In this document: piece after piece, positions 37,143 through 48,034 of the stretch
Layout: every line of letters begins with the position of its first letter
How positions within the stretch are numbered: position 1 is the first letter of the stretch
Origin: Trypethelium eluteriae
Lineage: Eukaryota
NCBI GenBank assembly: GCA_051942245.1
Contig: JAVECL010000126.1
Span: 1 to 48,034, forward strand
DNA length: 48,034 bases
Direction: 5' to 3'
Made by a program: the position numbers and the translations under genes
The notes under the pieces: model-generated
Database searches by the model: none
Told to the model about the DNA's origin: nothing
Seen by the model: only the letters and a program-made list of their open reading frames with translations

Positions 37143-39144
37143 TCAAACCCTATCATGAGCCAAAATTTGCGGTTTTCTCCAAAGTAGACACGCTAGTAAC
37201 AACTGTCCCCCAGAAAGCCCAATCACCACTCGCATCTGTGCATTGTAGCCGCTTGCAAAAGTTGTCTGGATGAAATTTCGCAAATCCGGGCTGAGTGTGG
37301 ATAAGGTCCCCGTGGTTTCAAGTAAAGAGTGTACCTGAGCAGGTGCCAGGAACTCTCTGAGATGCGATTGCACGTAACTGTTCATCACAGTTGTAACAAT
37401 CGAAAGACCAATTGCCCCACCCATAAACCGAAATTGTACGATGGCGCTTGTCCCAATAGCTGTTTGTATCAAATAATGAGATAGTCGCATGTGATAGCAA
37501 ATTTCGATGTAACATACCTTTGTCCCGTTTCTCAGCCACAAATGGCATCATGACAGTCGCTGTGGCGTATACCATGCCTACTCCAAATCCTGCCACCGCT
37601 TGATAGCCATAGAATGATATCTGAAGGGTGGTATCTATTGGTGTCATACTTAACAGTGTAAATCCTACGACCTGTATACTCGATCCAACAAAAGTCAGGT
37701 AGATCGGAGGCATCTTGGCTTTGCCCATGAATGCTGAAGCGACTCCCGCACCGGCGGGGACCAGAACAGCGAATGGGATCAATCTGATACCAGCGCCGAG
37801 AGGTGAAGCGTCGTCAACTGACTGAAAACGAAGCGGTAATTGAACTATGGCGATGGTGAACGGCGCGCCCGAAAGCACTGCAAGGCTTTTCAGGAGCCAT
37901 TTGTGAGGCAGTTTCTAAAAGTTGGCTTACGCACCTGATTAATCCGACAGAAGCGCGATTTTGAACGAACCTCCATGGAAAGACCATCTCTCTGCTGGAT
38001 TTGGAGGCGCTAGACCACCAAGACCATGCAAAGGAAAGCGTCCAAGATAGCCCCGAAATCCCTAAAAAGACAATCACGAGAGGAGAGTCCCACGAGTATG
38101 CAGTAGTCGCCTCTTCGAGGGCTGCAACAAGAAACACAGTGGCCATGAGTAAGGAAATTGTCCCAGGAATGTCGATTCGGCCCAATTGCTGTTTTGAGAA
38201 CTTTTCTCTCCAGCTGAGAGGCTCAAAAATCTCCGCAGGTAAATCGTGAAAGGGATAATTCGGAGGAAGGGTGAACAAGATACATCCAATGACAACGGCA
38301 CCAGCCGGCACGCTAAAAAGTCAGCTCGGTACGAAACAGTCATCTTGGAGACTCCGGCTTACTTGATTAAGAAGACCCATCTCCAGGTTGTCTTATCGCT
38401 GATAGCCCCTCCAACTATCGGCCCTGATACCATGGAAGATCCATATATTATGGATAGCAGACTTGTATTAAGGGCCCATTTTGATGGTGGCAACAGTTCA
38501 AAAAAGCTTGCAAGTATCGAGGCGGTACTTCCGGCCGCGCCTAGACCTTGAAATGACCGAAGTATTATTCTGATAGGTGTCAACACAAATGGTTCGACCA
38601 TGAATCGATTGATGCACGTACAATTGGGTCATAGACTGAGCTGCACCGCAGGCTCCAGAAAAAATTACGAAAAGTGAAAACGATTACACTATACATGGCT
38701 TCCGTCCAAAAATATCGCTAACCTTGGCACTTATGATTAAGAATCCTGAGCACATGGCTTAGCCTCCAAACATTTGATCATAGAAATCAATCTCACCTGT
38801 GTAGGCAAGCAGGTAAGCTGTCACAATCCAGCTACTCCGGTCAAAGCCTTCCAAGCTGTCTGAAATGGATACCAACGATGTTGCTACAATAGTAGCCTCG
38901 ATTGACGTTAAGAATATGCCAAGCGAGAGACTGACGCCGGATAAGCTCAGTGGTTGCAATATAGAATTTTGCTGAACTCTTACACGGCGTGTAAAATATA
39001 GAAACGAGGTCCTGTCAAATATTTTGTTACGTCTTCAGCATTCACAGGGGACAGATCTCGTCCTCCTACGTCGGCCAATCCCTCGTTCTCTAGGCTGAAA
39101 GACAACTGGAAATCTTTCTCGGAATCCATGCTTCTAACTGACAT
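37143..39144 (-). CDS. MFS drug/toxin efflux transporter (DHA2/EmrB-QacA-like), multi-exon
   Basis: Motifs LGIFLTSIEATIVATSL, WIVTAYLLAYTG, AKVSDIFGRK, RSFQGLGAAG, GPIVGGAISDKTTWRWVF, RIDIPG, QLPLRFQ, GAGIRLIP and QFRFMGGAIGL. Confidence 0.9.
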
Positions 39145-39376
39145 GGCAGGAACGATGAAATGCCCGAAGTTGGAGTAGTGCAACCAGAGTAGAACCGTTG
39201 ACAATTTACCTCAATACGCCCGTTGAGCTTAGGCAGCAGTGTGGGACCGTCTTACAGAGCAGTAAGGAACCCAGATGAAGACAAATCAACGTTCACAAAA
39301 CAAGAGATGGGAGCAAGCCACGACTTCATGAGTCGACTACCGAGGTGGGGAGACTTCTGATTAAGCTCGAAAGTTC

Positions 39377-39700
39377 TTATCGCCACCACCTCGATCCATT
39401 TTCTATCAGTGAAGCCCGGCTGAAATTCCCTCCCGCAGCGTTCTCGACAACCCTAACTGCATGGCGTTCATCCGCAGGTAGAGCAGGGGTCTCACGCGTC
39501 AAAAGCCAAGAACCCAACATCACGTTTTTGATCGACAGCCTAACAGCTGCATGCTCTTTAAGCAGTAAGGGTGTAGCCTTGCGATCGATGCGTCCAGACT
39601 CATTAGGCGACAGAATGCCCATTCTGCCCTTCGATGCAGCTCTCCAGAATCGCATGAGCGAGAATTGCTTATCTGTAGGTCCAACAGACTGGGAAAGTCT
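39377..39700 (-). pseudogene. Possible degenerate ankyrin-repeat gene remnant
   Basis: Reading FWRAASKGRMGIL..ATPLLL.EHAAVRL..ETPALPADERHAVRVV loosely fits the ankyrin pattern TPLxxAxxxGHxxxV. There is an in-frame stop just upstream. Confidence 0.25.
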
Positions 39701-42426
39701 GGTGAATCAACGCACAACATCGGGTGGATCCTTCCAAACAAGCTTTATTGATGAATACTGAAGGACTGCAGTAAGGCGAGCTGAAGTTCACGAAAACAGA
39801 ATCGACCGATGACTTTGCATGAAGCAGTTGGTGAGATGTAGATGGGAGTGGTTGCATAGCTGACGTCGAAATTAGATCGGATGTAAACGAAAACGAGTTG
39901 CACCAGCTGTGGAGCCTCCGACAGCCACGCGGAAGACGTATCGGGGGTTACCTTACTGCTGGACTAATTACGCGACGCGACGCGCCGACGCTAAATAAGT
40001 ACCTAGGTATCCAAAGCGCCACAGTCTGGGGAAGGTTTGGCGTTCATTTCAACAGAACTTCACCTCTTGGCTTTGACCACATACCAGGCGTGAATACCTA
40101 AGGTTGCTCATTGCTGGCGCTAAGTTCTAACCACCATCTCAACCTTCCTTTATTTTCCCTCGACTTCCCCTTTCCTATCTCCTTTTGAAAAGTCGGGAAA
40201 AAAAATTAAAATTAAAATTAAAATCAATTTAATGTACTCTAGAATTTATTTAGATTTAGATAGATGTACGAATTTCCGATGAAACCATTGTCAATTCCAC
40301 TATAGTATATTTAGACATTTGAATATTGGGATTGTCACAGATAAGGAATAGATGGAGTGAGGCTTGCAGAAAAGGAAGTAGCGGACAACGGAGAAGTGTG
40401 GCTACGAGATTATTTGGGAAAAAAAAGGTTCGCGCATTGAGAACATTAGAGGTCGATTCGAATTAGGTCCTCTTATACAAGACTATAGCTCTCAATTCGT
40501 TAGTGCATTGCTGAGTTGAGGTCGTTGAGCATGGTGACCTTACGGTAACCTTTTAGCGTAGCTGCCGCTGTTCGCAGGTTCAAACTCTCTTCTCCAATGC
40601 AGTAGCCAGTCGCTTGGCGTGGCTATAACCAAGATCCCCTACAAACACAATTAGAAGATAAGGAGTGGAGAACGAGGCTGGTAGGTCACGGGACTAGTAG
40701 GCGCGTTCATCAAAGAAAGTTAGAGGGTGGAGCCTCTCGAGACTGCTAACTGGGACTAGACTTGATTTGAGGAGATCAAGCAGTGAGCAAGCCAAATTTG
40801 GAAGACTAGACATCGAATGCCCTCTGGGAGATGGTGGGACTGGAGCTATTCTGGCCGTTCCAAACACTGCCTATGATGGCAGAATGGCTGCAAGTGCCAT
40901 GTGCGCCTTATGCATTCCATGCTGGTGATTCTGACTCACTCGCAGTGTACAAGATGATGGAGATGATGCGATAAGAGGGATAACGGAGAAGCCCGACTGT
41001 AATCATACGAAGCTCGAATTGGAAGAGTCTGCCGATTACGCTCATAGATAACACCGGGCCCAGACGCCCAGCCCAGCAGTCCCAGCTGGTGGACTTGCAG
41101 CCTATCCTGATCCAAAAATTATTCCCAACATCACATGGTAATGATGCCATCACATAGCTTCCAGGCTGCATTGCTGATCTGCACGTTCCTTCAGCGCGCT
41201 GTGCGAATTGGTTCAAAAACCCATGCAATCATCCGTATCTCTGCTCTCCCTAAACCTCGTCGGTGCTATCACAGCATGGGAATAAGACGGACATAGACAG
41301 GCGCTGGAGCTGTAGAGATCAGGGTAAGATATGGAACCGGACGTGCACAATCCTGCGCTGCACTTATACGATGAATAGTGGCCTCATTCAAGCAGGAGGC
41401 ATTCATACTGCGTGACATCTGCTTATCCATCATTTCACGCTGAAAATAGACGAAAAGCCCACTCAAATGCTTCTCGAACCATAAGTTGCATATCGATCGC
41501 CATCTTTGGTGCATTTAGTGACACTTGTGCCTTCGTAATCAAGCGGCAGACCGAATCCTCGTCCAGATACAATGCAGCTGTACCGTTAAAAAAAGACGCG
41601 ACGTGGTCCAGTTGAATAGCACTTTGGGAAGTCAAGATTGTCTGGGCACCGTCGTCGTGCACTGTTTTTTTCTGTGGTACAGGTCATTGCCTTCCGTTCC
41701 CCGGCAATCCCCGTGACATCTTGATCTGTCTCCTCTTCCATATCAAGGGACGCTTCACAGTCGGATTTCCAGGATCCACTTTTCTCCTTGGGAGCTCGAA
41801 GACGTTTGGGAAACAGCTGTCTTACGCAGGAGAATTTCGGGAAATCCTCGGGTATTTGAGAAGTTTGAAGACGTTTGCATGGAAGTAACTCAATGTTCTC
41901 TGTGAGACCCTCGACACCTCACGAGAGGAAACGAGGATATTCTGGATAATCTCGCTGAGCGGAGTGCATTTCCTCATCCCCCGATGCAACCATGATCATT
42001 TGAGGCGACCAACAGGGATATGTCGAATGAGTTGCTGCAAGTGGATACCCAGAGCTGTAATAGAATGAGACTGATGTTGAGTTTGGTAGGTCGGTAGAGG
42101 AGCCGAGTCTAAACCGCATTCAATGAAGTCACTTAACGATAAGCCGGACGAAGCCTCCGCAGATTCTTGCGGAAGTTCGATCTCTCAAGATAGTTTTGCG
42201 AGCTATGCACCATAGCATGTCACAGATTAGAATCGGGGAAATGAGAAACGTGCCACGAACCGGACCAGGTCCCATATTGCGGAAGAATCGCTCCAAAATT
42301 CGCGGATACATAAAATCCAACTGGATATCTTTCAACCGTCTCGCACCATCAGCAGCCAAGGGGGAGCAAGAATGTGGCAAGGAGGCTATACGGGTCCAGC
42401 GAACGATCAGCCAGGATGGATGTAAG

Positions 42427-44124
42427 TTATATGTGATTGCTGTAGCAAGCCTGAACGTCTTTCTTGTTACCATAGAGCAGTCGCAGTGAATGACGGTGCA
42501 GGATTAGGAAGATTACAGCATAAATGCCTTGGATACCCAGTGCAGAACCAAGCATGAGGTCATAAAAATTGCCCAAGCTATTCTCGCTCGCAGCAATGTT
42601 CAAGGTCACTGCGGCGTTAGTGTATCCTAGCGACCAACGTGCACTCCAGCATTCACATGAGTTCCACCAGCCTGCCGAGAGTCAGCCTGCATGGACATAT
42701 GCGTTCCTGATGGAATGCTGTTGAAGGTCGTGTGTTCGTATTCGTGAGTAGGTGCAAGGAGTGAATCTGAAATTCTTTTTTGGCGTCTCATAAAATGCGG
42801 AACTGGAACATGTCTGGCATCGTCACATACCTTTGAAAGCGGCGAAAAGCACTGTGACCATCGGCACTGCGAAAAACATATCTTTGACAAAAATTGCCAT
42901 AAACAGCGTGAAATACCCTTTCACCATTCGAGACAGTATGGCAGTCATTGCACAACTCAGCAACCAAACTAGGAAGTAGGACAGTTCGGTAATGGACCGG
43001 CAGCCGAGCCCTGTTGTTGGAGTATACCACGACATCAGAAATGACATAATCCATGCGCTGGCGATAGACATAAATGCGAGATGAAGGAGGGTAATGCAAC
43101 TGAAACCAATACTTCTGCTGCCTGAGATGTGCGAAAGGTCTTTGAAGGGTCTCCAGACATAGCTTCCTCCGCTGTATAGTTTCAAGGGTTGTGGCAGCGT
43201 ACGTAGAGTGCCTTTACGTTTCATGTAGTCAAGGATGGGGCGTAGAATGACATAGCTTGTCTCGGCCGTTGGGAAAGCCCCGTTCGCTGCACTGAGAGTT
43301 ATAGCTGGAATAAGCCAGTAATATAGTTCCCGAAGCGCGACTGTGTGAGGCGTGTGTACTGGGGTCTGTTCGAGGCCTCGATTGCTATCTAACGTAATGA
43401 ACAAGGACGCCGCGTATGAGACAATGGCCAGGAACGATCGTCGAGCATTCTGAACGCGGGTTTGGCGAAGAAGAACGCTGGCCTGGCGGCAGGTTTTGAG
43501 AAAAGCTGCTCCATCTGCGCCGCCTGCTTCGACCTGAATGAAGATCAGGTCTGCCAAATTCTTGCCATCCACTTTGCCAAACTCAAAGTCGTCAAATGTT
43601 GCCAATATCACTGTGATGGCCTGTCTGTCGATCTCACTCAAGCATGACAAGTGCTGTTCAGCCCACTGTTTATACCTTCTGGGGACGTCAAGCTTGACGG
43701 ATAGACTCCAAATGGTGTCGATGGGGTCGCCAAGCACATGACAGAGAACTGAGAAGTAGTCCAGCACGAAGCTACTGAAACGATGCAAGATCACGCCGGC
43801 GCATTTCAAAGCGATTACAATTCCTTTCTCCCCAAGGCAATGTGCCTCTCCTTGAACAGTTGCGGCACCGAAGCGAGTAAAATGCATGTTCCCAATGAGA
43901 ATGAATAGAGGCAAGACGAACGCAACGACAGACGTTACAACATCCCACTTCCCATACGGTTTCCAGCCAGAGAAACACTGTCGCTGACACTGGGCTAAGG
44001 ACAAGCTCTCCAGTCCTGGGTAGGCCGCGGCACACTGTGTAATGCTGTCATACTCGGCAACGGCGCGGCTTGGTACGAAGTCAAGAATGACGAGGAACGA
44101 GAAGAACTTGTATGAAACACCCAT
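42427..44124 (-). CDS. Uncharacterised fungal multi-pass membrane protein with signal peptide and Cys-containing N-terminus; exons 44124-42831 and 42671-42427
   Basis: Signal-like start MGVSYKFFSFLVILDFVPSRAVA, then QC..QCQRQC. Several hydrophobic helices, HVLGDPIDTIWSL and WYTPTTGLGCRS. Intron 42672-42830 (GTATGT..GCTGAC..CAG) joins in frame to GWWNSCECWS. Confidence 0.75.
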
Positions 44125-45147
44125 AGCACTGGCGCTGAAGAATAAAATCTCCAAGAGATTACAGAAATGGTATCTTTGAAGAAAAGGGGGACCAAACGCT
44201 TTCAATAGTCACGACGAATCCGTCCTACCTGGGCGGGCTTGTAAACCGCCCAATTTAGTGCTGCCATTTTCCTCTTTTGGATTCAGGTTTGAGAAGGTAA
44301 GACCAGAGCTTGCCTATCTTTGCTGCTACCGAAAGGGAACATCTGCAGGTATCGCCCCAGCACACCCACGCAATGGGCGTTACATCATTGTGGGAGAGAG
44401 GAAGACGGCGCAAGGCTGACGAGCCAGCACTCTTTGGTTAACGACTATCAGTGGATCAGCAGGATTGTGGGTGGCGATGACTCGTCTGGATCCCCTAGTG
44501 TTGTGATACTAGCCTACAGAGCGATCGGCTGGCGAGCTAGATGCTCGCAAAGACGTCGTGATTCCTTGAATGAAAAGTCGACGCCGCTGAGGGCGTAAGA
44601 GGCTGCGGAGAGCAGCACTGAGGAAGCCACTGAGGCCTAGAACTCCAGGGCTGTGAGATGCAAGGCGGTGAATAACTGCGCCACCGGCAAAAACACAACG
44701 AAGCGATGACCTAGCCTAGCATGCCACTCGGGCCTAGTAGAATTCACGCACAAATGGACGAGGAATTACGCGGTGAAGCACCAGTGGACCAGAAGACTTA
44801 ATCCACAGATCCCAATAGTGATTGTTACACGTACCGTGGTCCGTGCTTGTTTTTTTTTCCACCAAAGTATTCGTGGTTCCTTTGGCCCACCTCGTGGTTC
44901 CTTGTTGTCCACGGTTCCTTTCCTTAGGGCAACGGAGTCTCACAAATTTTCGCAACTCATTATGGATCAGGAGCTGAGAACTCTGTATTCAAACCAGCTT
45001 CTCCCGGCTAGAGCAACCGTTTATCCTTCTCCTCTCCACCATTCCTTGCCTACATCGCGTTAGTTCGTCTACTGTTCCAAACCCGACCACAACTTATCTC
45101 CTCTGTTCGACATAAGGGTCTTTGGACCGATCCAAACAGATTTCAAG

Positions 45148-45789
45148 ATGTCCTCGGATGCCCACCGACAGTTAGCAGCAGGCGCCGAACATGACTTCTA
45201 CGCTTTACTTGGCGTGCCCTCGGATGCGGATGAAAAAACAATCAAAAGAGAATACAGAAAATCCTCCTTAAAATATCATCCCGACCAAAATCCAGATGAT
45301 CCTGATGCCGCGACCAAGTTTCAGCTCCTGTCAGATGCGAGAGACATCCTCCTAGACTCGACACTACGCGCCGTCTACGATAATGCAAGAAGGGCGCAGG
45401 AGCAGAAGCAGCGGCAACATGAACTTCTCGACTCGCGGCGGAGACAAATGAAAGAGGACTTGGAAAGCAGGGAGAAGGGATTCAAGCGCAAGCAAGAGGA
45501 GGAATTGATCACCGAGGCTAAAATACGGAGGATGCGCGAGGAGGGCGAAAGAAGGCGAAAGGAGCTTAATGCGCGACGAATGAAGGAGGCAACGGAGGCC
45601 GAAACTCAGATACTTCAGCAGGCTGGCGCTGCTCACGCTGTCAAGGAGACTGTGTCTACGAGTCGCGTTCCCTCTACCCTTAAGCCGACTGATCCTGATT
45701 ATATGCGTAATTACATGCGTCGGACGCTGGATCGCTTGCGAGCGACGCAAAGAAAGAGGGATTTAGAAGCACAACGAATTACGAAGTAA
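45148..45789 (+). CDS. CWC23: J-domain protein, Cwc23/Cwf23-like pre-mRNA splicing factor
   Basis: J domain DFYALLGV..KYHPDQNPDD..R..YD, followed by the coiled coil RRRQMKEDLESRE typical of fungal Cwc23. Confidence 0.75.
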   Translation: MSSDAHRQLAAGAEHDFYALLGVPSDADEKTIKREYRKSSLKYHPDQNPDDPDAATKFQLLSDARDILLDSTLRAVYDNARRAQEQKQRQHELLDSRRRQMKEDLESREKGFKRKQEEELITEAKIRRMREEGERRRKELNARRMKEATEAETQILQQAGAAHAVKETVSTSRVPSTLKPTDPDYMRNYMRRTLDRLRATQRKRDLEAQRITK

Positions 45790-46761
45790 TGAATACAATG
45801 ACACTTGGGGTCGCACTAGGGGTGTAATAAGAAATGCCGGTGCTATTAGAGACAGCTGATATTCTGACGTCCAGCACCTCCGTTAATTCTGGGGGGCTCT
45901 CAACAAATTATACTCTATTCAAAGGAAAAAAGCTTAGTAAGATATCAAGAAAGAACTGGTAGGGGATCTCTCTAATACCCTGTTTTAGCTCTCCACATTC
46001 CGGGAAGGGCCCAGCAAAAAAAGACATCCCGGCGATATTCCTTATGGCCCTCCCCTTGGTGGTCGCCTTGGTAGCCTTGGCATGAAGGGAACCCATTGCC
46101 CCACTTGCGATCTCAGTTAGAGAAAAAAAAGCGATTGGCCCAAAGGTTCGATCCAGCACCAGACTCGGTCAACGTGCACGAATACAGCTACCGCCAGTAG
46201 TGAAATGCTTTGATCGGCACTGGGATTGGCCGGATTCTGCCATGATTATCCTTACACCGGTTGAAGATGGTAGTTACGGCACTAGCAATGACTCCACCAG
46301 TCTCGTGTAGAGTTACTCAGCTTCCATTATCTTTCGTCATCTGGGTCAGACAAGTCTGTTTCGACTGAACGCATGAGGAATGCCCTCAGCGCACGTCACA
46401 ATGCTGGCCGACCGAGGCCTAGCCGAAAGAGGAAGGCGACCGATTTCGAGCTGCCCATTCCGTCCAATGACCCTTCTACAGCATTTACTAAACCTTTGCC
46501 CGCCTGGATCAGCGGGCCGAGTACATTTTATATAAAACATTGGGAGGACCTTCGTGGACGGCCGGGGTTAGCAACTTGTACCGTCGTGTACTACATTACC
46601 TTCTGCTGTTCCCAATTCCATCGCTTGTTTATTTTATTTCATTTTATCTATTTTTCTTGGATGAGATCTCAAGTTACCATCTGATACTTCAAAAAGTCAG
46701 TGTTGGCTAAAACCAGGAATAATTCCGCCTTGGAAAAGCATTGTACCAAATAAGTCGGCAA

Positions 46762-48034
46762 ATGACGAACAAGACAGCACCATACGGAACATGGGAAAGC
46801 CCCATTACCTCTGATATCGTTACTGGCAAAGTTGTTGCCTTGCAAGCTGTTAGAGCCAATGTCTGTGGACTCTTCACCAACCACTTTATTTGAGAACTGA
46901 GTTCCATTATCCAGAAGTTTTCCCGAGCTGTTTATTGGCTGGAAGGTCGACCTGACGGAAGATCATGCATCGTTGAAAGACTACCAAATGGAGGCGTTCG
47001 TGACGTCTTGCCGAGCAGTTACAGCGCTCGAAGCTCGGTTTACGAGTATGGGGGGGCGAGCTTTGCTTTAAATTCGAGCGGAGATATAATCTTCGTCGAT
47101 GCCGATTCAGATACTGTGGCTTTGTTGAAACCTTCTACAAGGGAATGCCAAGTCATCCAGCAGCAGAAAGGCCTCCGGTATGCCGATTTCGATGCTCATC
47201 CAATCGTGCCAGACAAGATCGTAGCGATCGAGGAAGATCATACGAACAAAGCAGTATGTTACGATTTTAATCCATAGTTCTGGTATAGGCGACTTCTGAT
47301 CTGCCTAGAACGTGATCAACCGTCTGGTTGCAATCGATACCACCAAAAACTCGATCACCACTCTTGTGGAGGGAGCTGACTTTTATTCTTCGCCGCGATG
47401 GAGCCTCAATGGCCACAACGTTTGTTGGCTCCAGTGGAACCATCCAGAGATGCCCTGGACTGGGGCCCAACTTTACCTTGCTGACTTTGTGGACGGCCAC
47501 GTTGAAAATGTTCGTCGAATTGGTGGACATCCCGGTCATGAGAGTATCTCCCAGCCACGATGGGCACAGGATGGGAGTCTCTACTTCACCACAGATCGCT
47601 CGGGCTACTGGCAATTCAGTCGTCTCCTCCCGGGATCCTCCCAAGCCACCAAACTCACCTTTCCTGGGCTTGAAGATGTCAGCTTTTCCCATTGCGAGTG
47701 GTTTCTCGGCAGTTGCTCTTACGTCCCGCTGACCCCCGAAACCCTTGTCGCAAGTTACACCAAGGATGCAAAAAACAATCTCATCCTCCTCCATGTCCCC
47801 TCATTGACCACTCAATCGCTCGATCTCCCCCTGACTTCCATCTACGTCGACTCTCCCCTCACCGCCATGGCAGCGCTCTCATCCACCACCTTCCTTGTTA
47901 TCGGCCGCACCGATACCCAACCTTGGGCGCTCTACCTCATCGACACGACCTCACCTTCGCTCTCTCAGCCGCTCAAAACCTCCACCGACATTTCGTCCCT
48001 AATCCCCTACTTCTCCACCCCCACTCACCTCTCC
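46762..48034 (+). CDS. S9 family (dipeptidyl/acylaminoacyl-type) peptidase, N-terminal propeller region; 3' end lies beyond the window
   Basis: MTNKTAPYGTWESPIT, WLEGRP, RSSVYEYGG, LRYADF and GADFYSSPRWS..WLQWNHPEMPWTG. Introns at 46861-46914 and 47254-47308. The catalytic domain is outside the window. Confidence 0.85.

Noticed and set aside
44871..44922. Three GGTTCCTT copies upstream of CWC23
   Set aside because: Too short and degenerate to distinguish from pyrimidine-rich promoter slippage.

Overview
This is intron-containing fungal genomic DNA, probably a Pezizomycotina ascomycete (short GT-AG introns with CTRAC branch sites). From left to right it carries a DDHD-type phospholipase (cut off at the left edge), MLH1 and a Ser/Thr-rich putative GPI cell-wall protein. 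A small accessory island (~10.4-13.9 kb) follows, with an ~80-bp tandem repeat, a trypsin-like protease gene lacking a signal peptide, and two TIR miniature elements, one interrupted by a nested insertion. Next is a putative metabolic cluster: HpcH/HpaI aldolase, D-2-hydroxyacid dehydrogenase, a divergent pair encoding the two halves of plant Tm-1 (UPF0261 and TIM-barrel), and an Aro80-like Zn2Cys6 regulator. A minimal polyketide cluster follows (highly reducing PKS, FSH1/LovG-like hydrolase, MFS pump). The window ends with an uncharacterised multi-pass membrane protein, a Cwc23-like J protein and an S9 peptidase (cut off at the right edge). Splice models were read by eye and family calls come from recognised motifs; no database searches were run.
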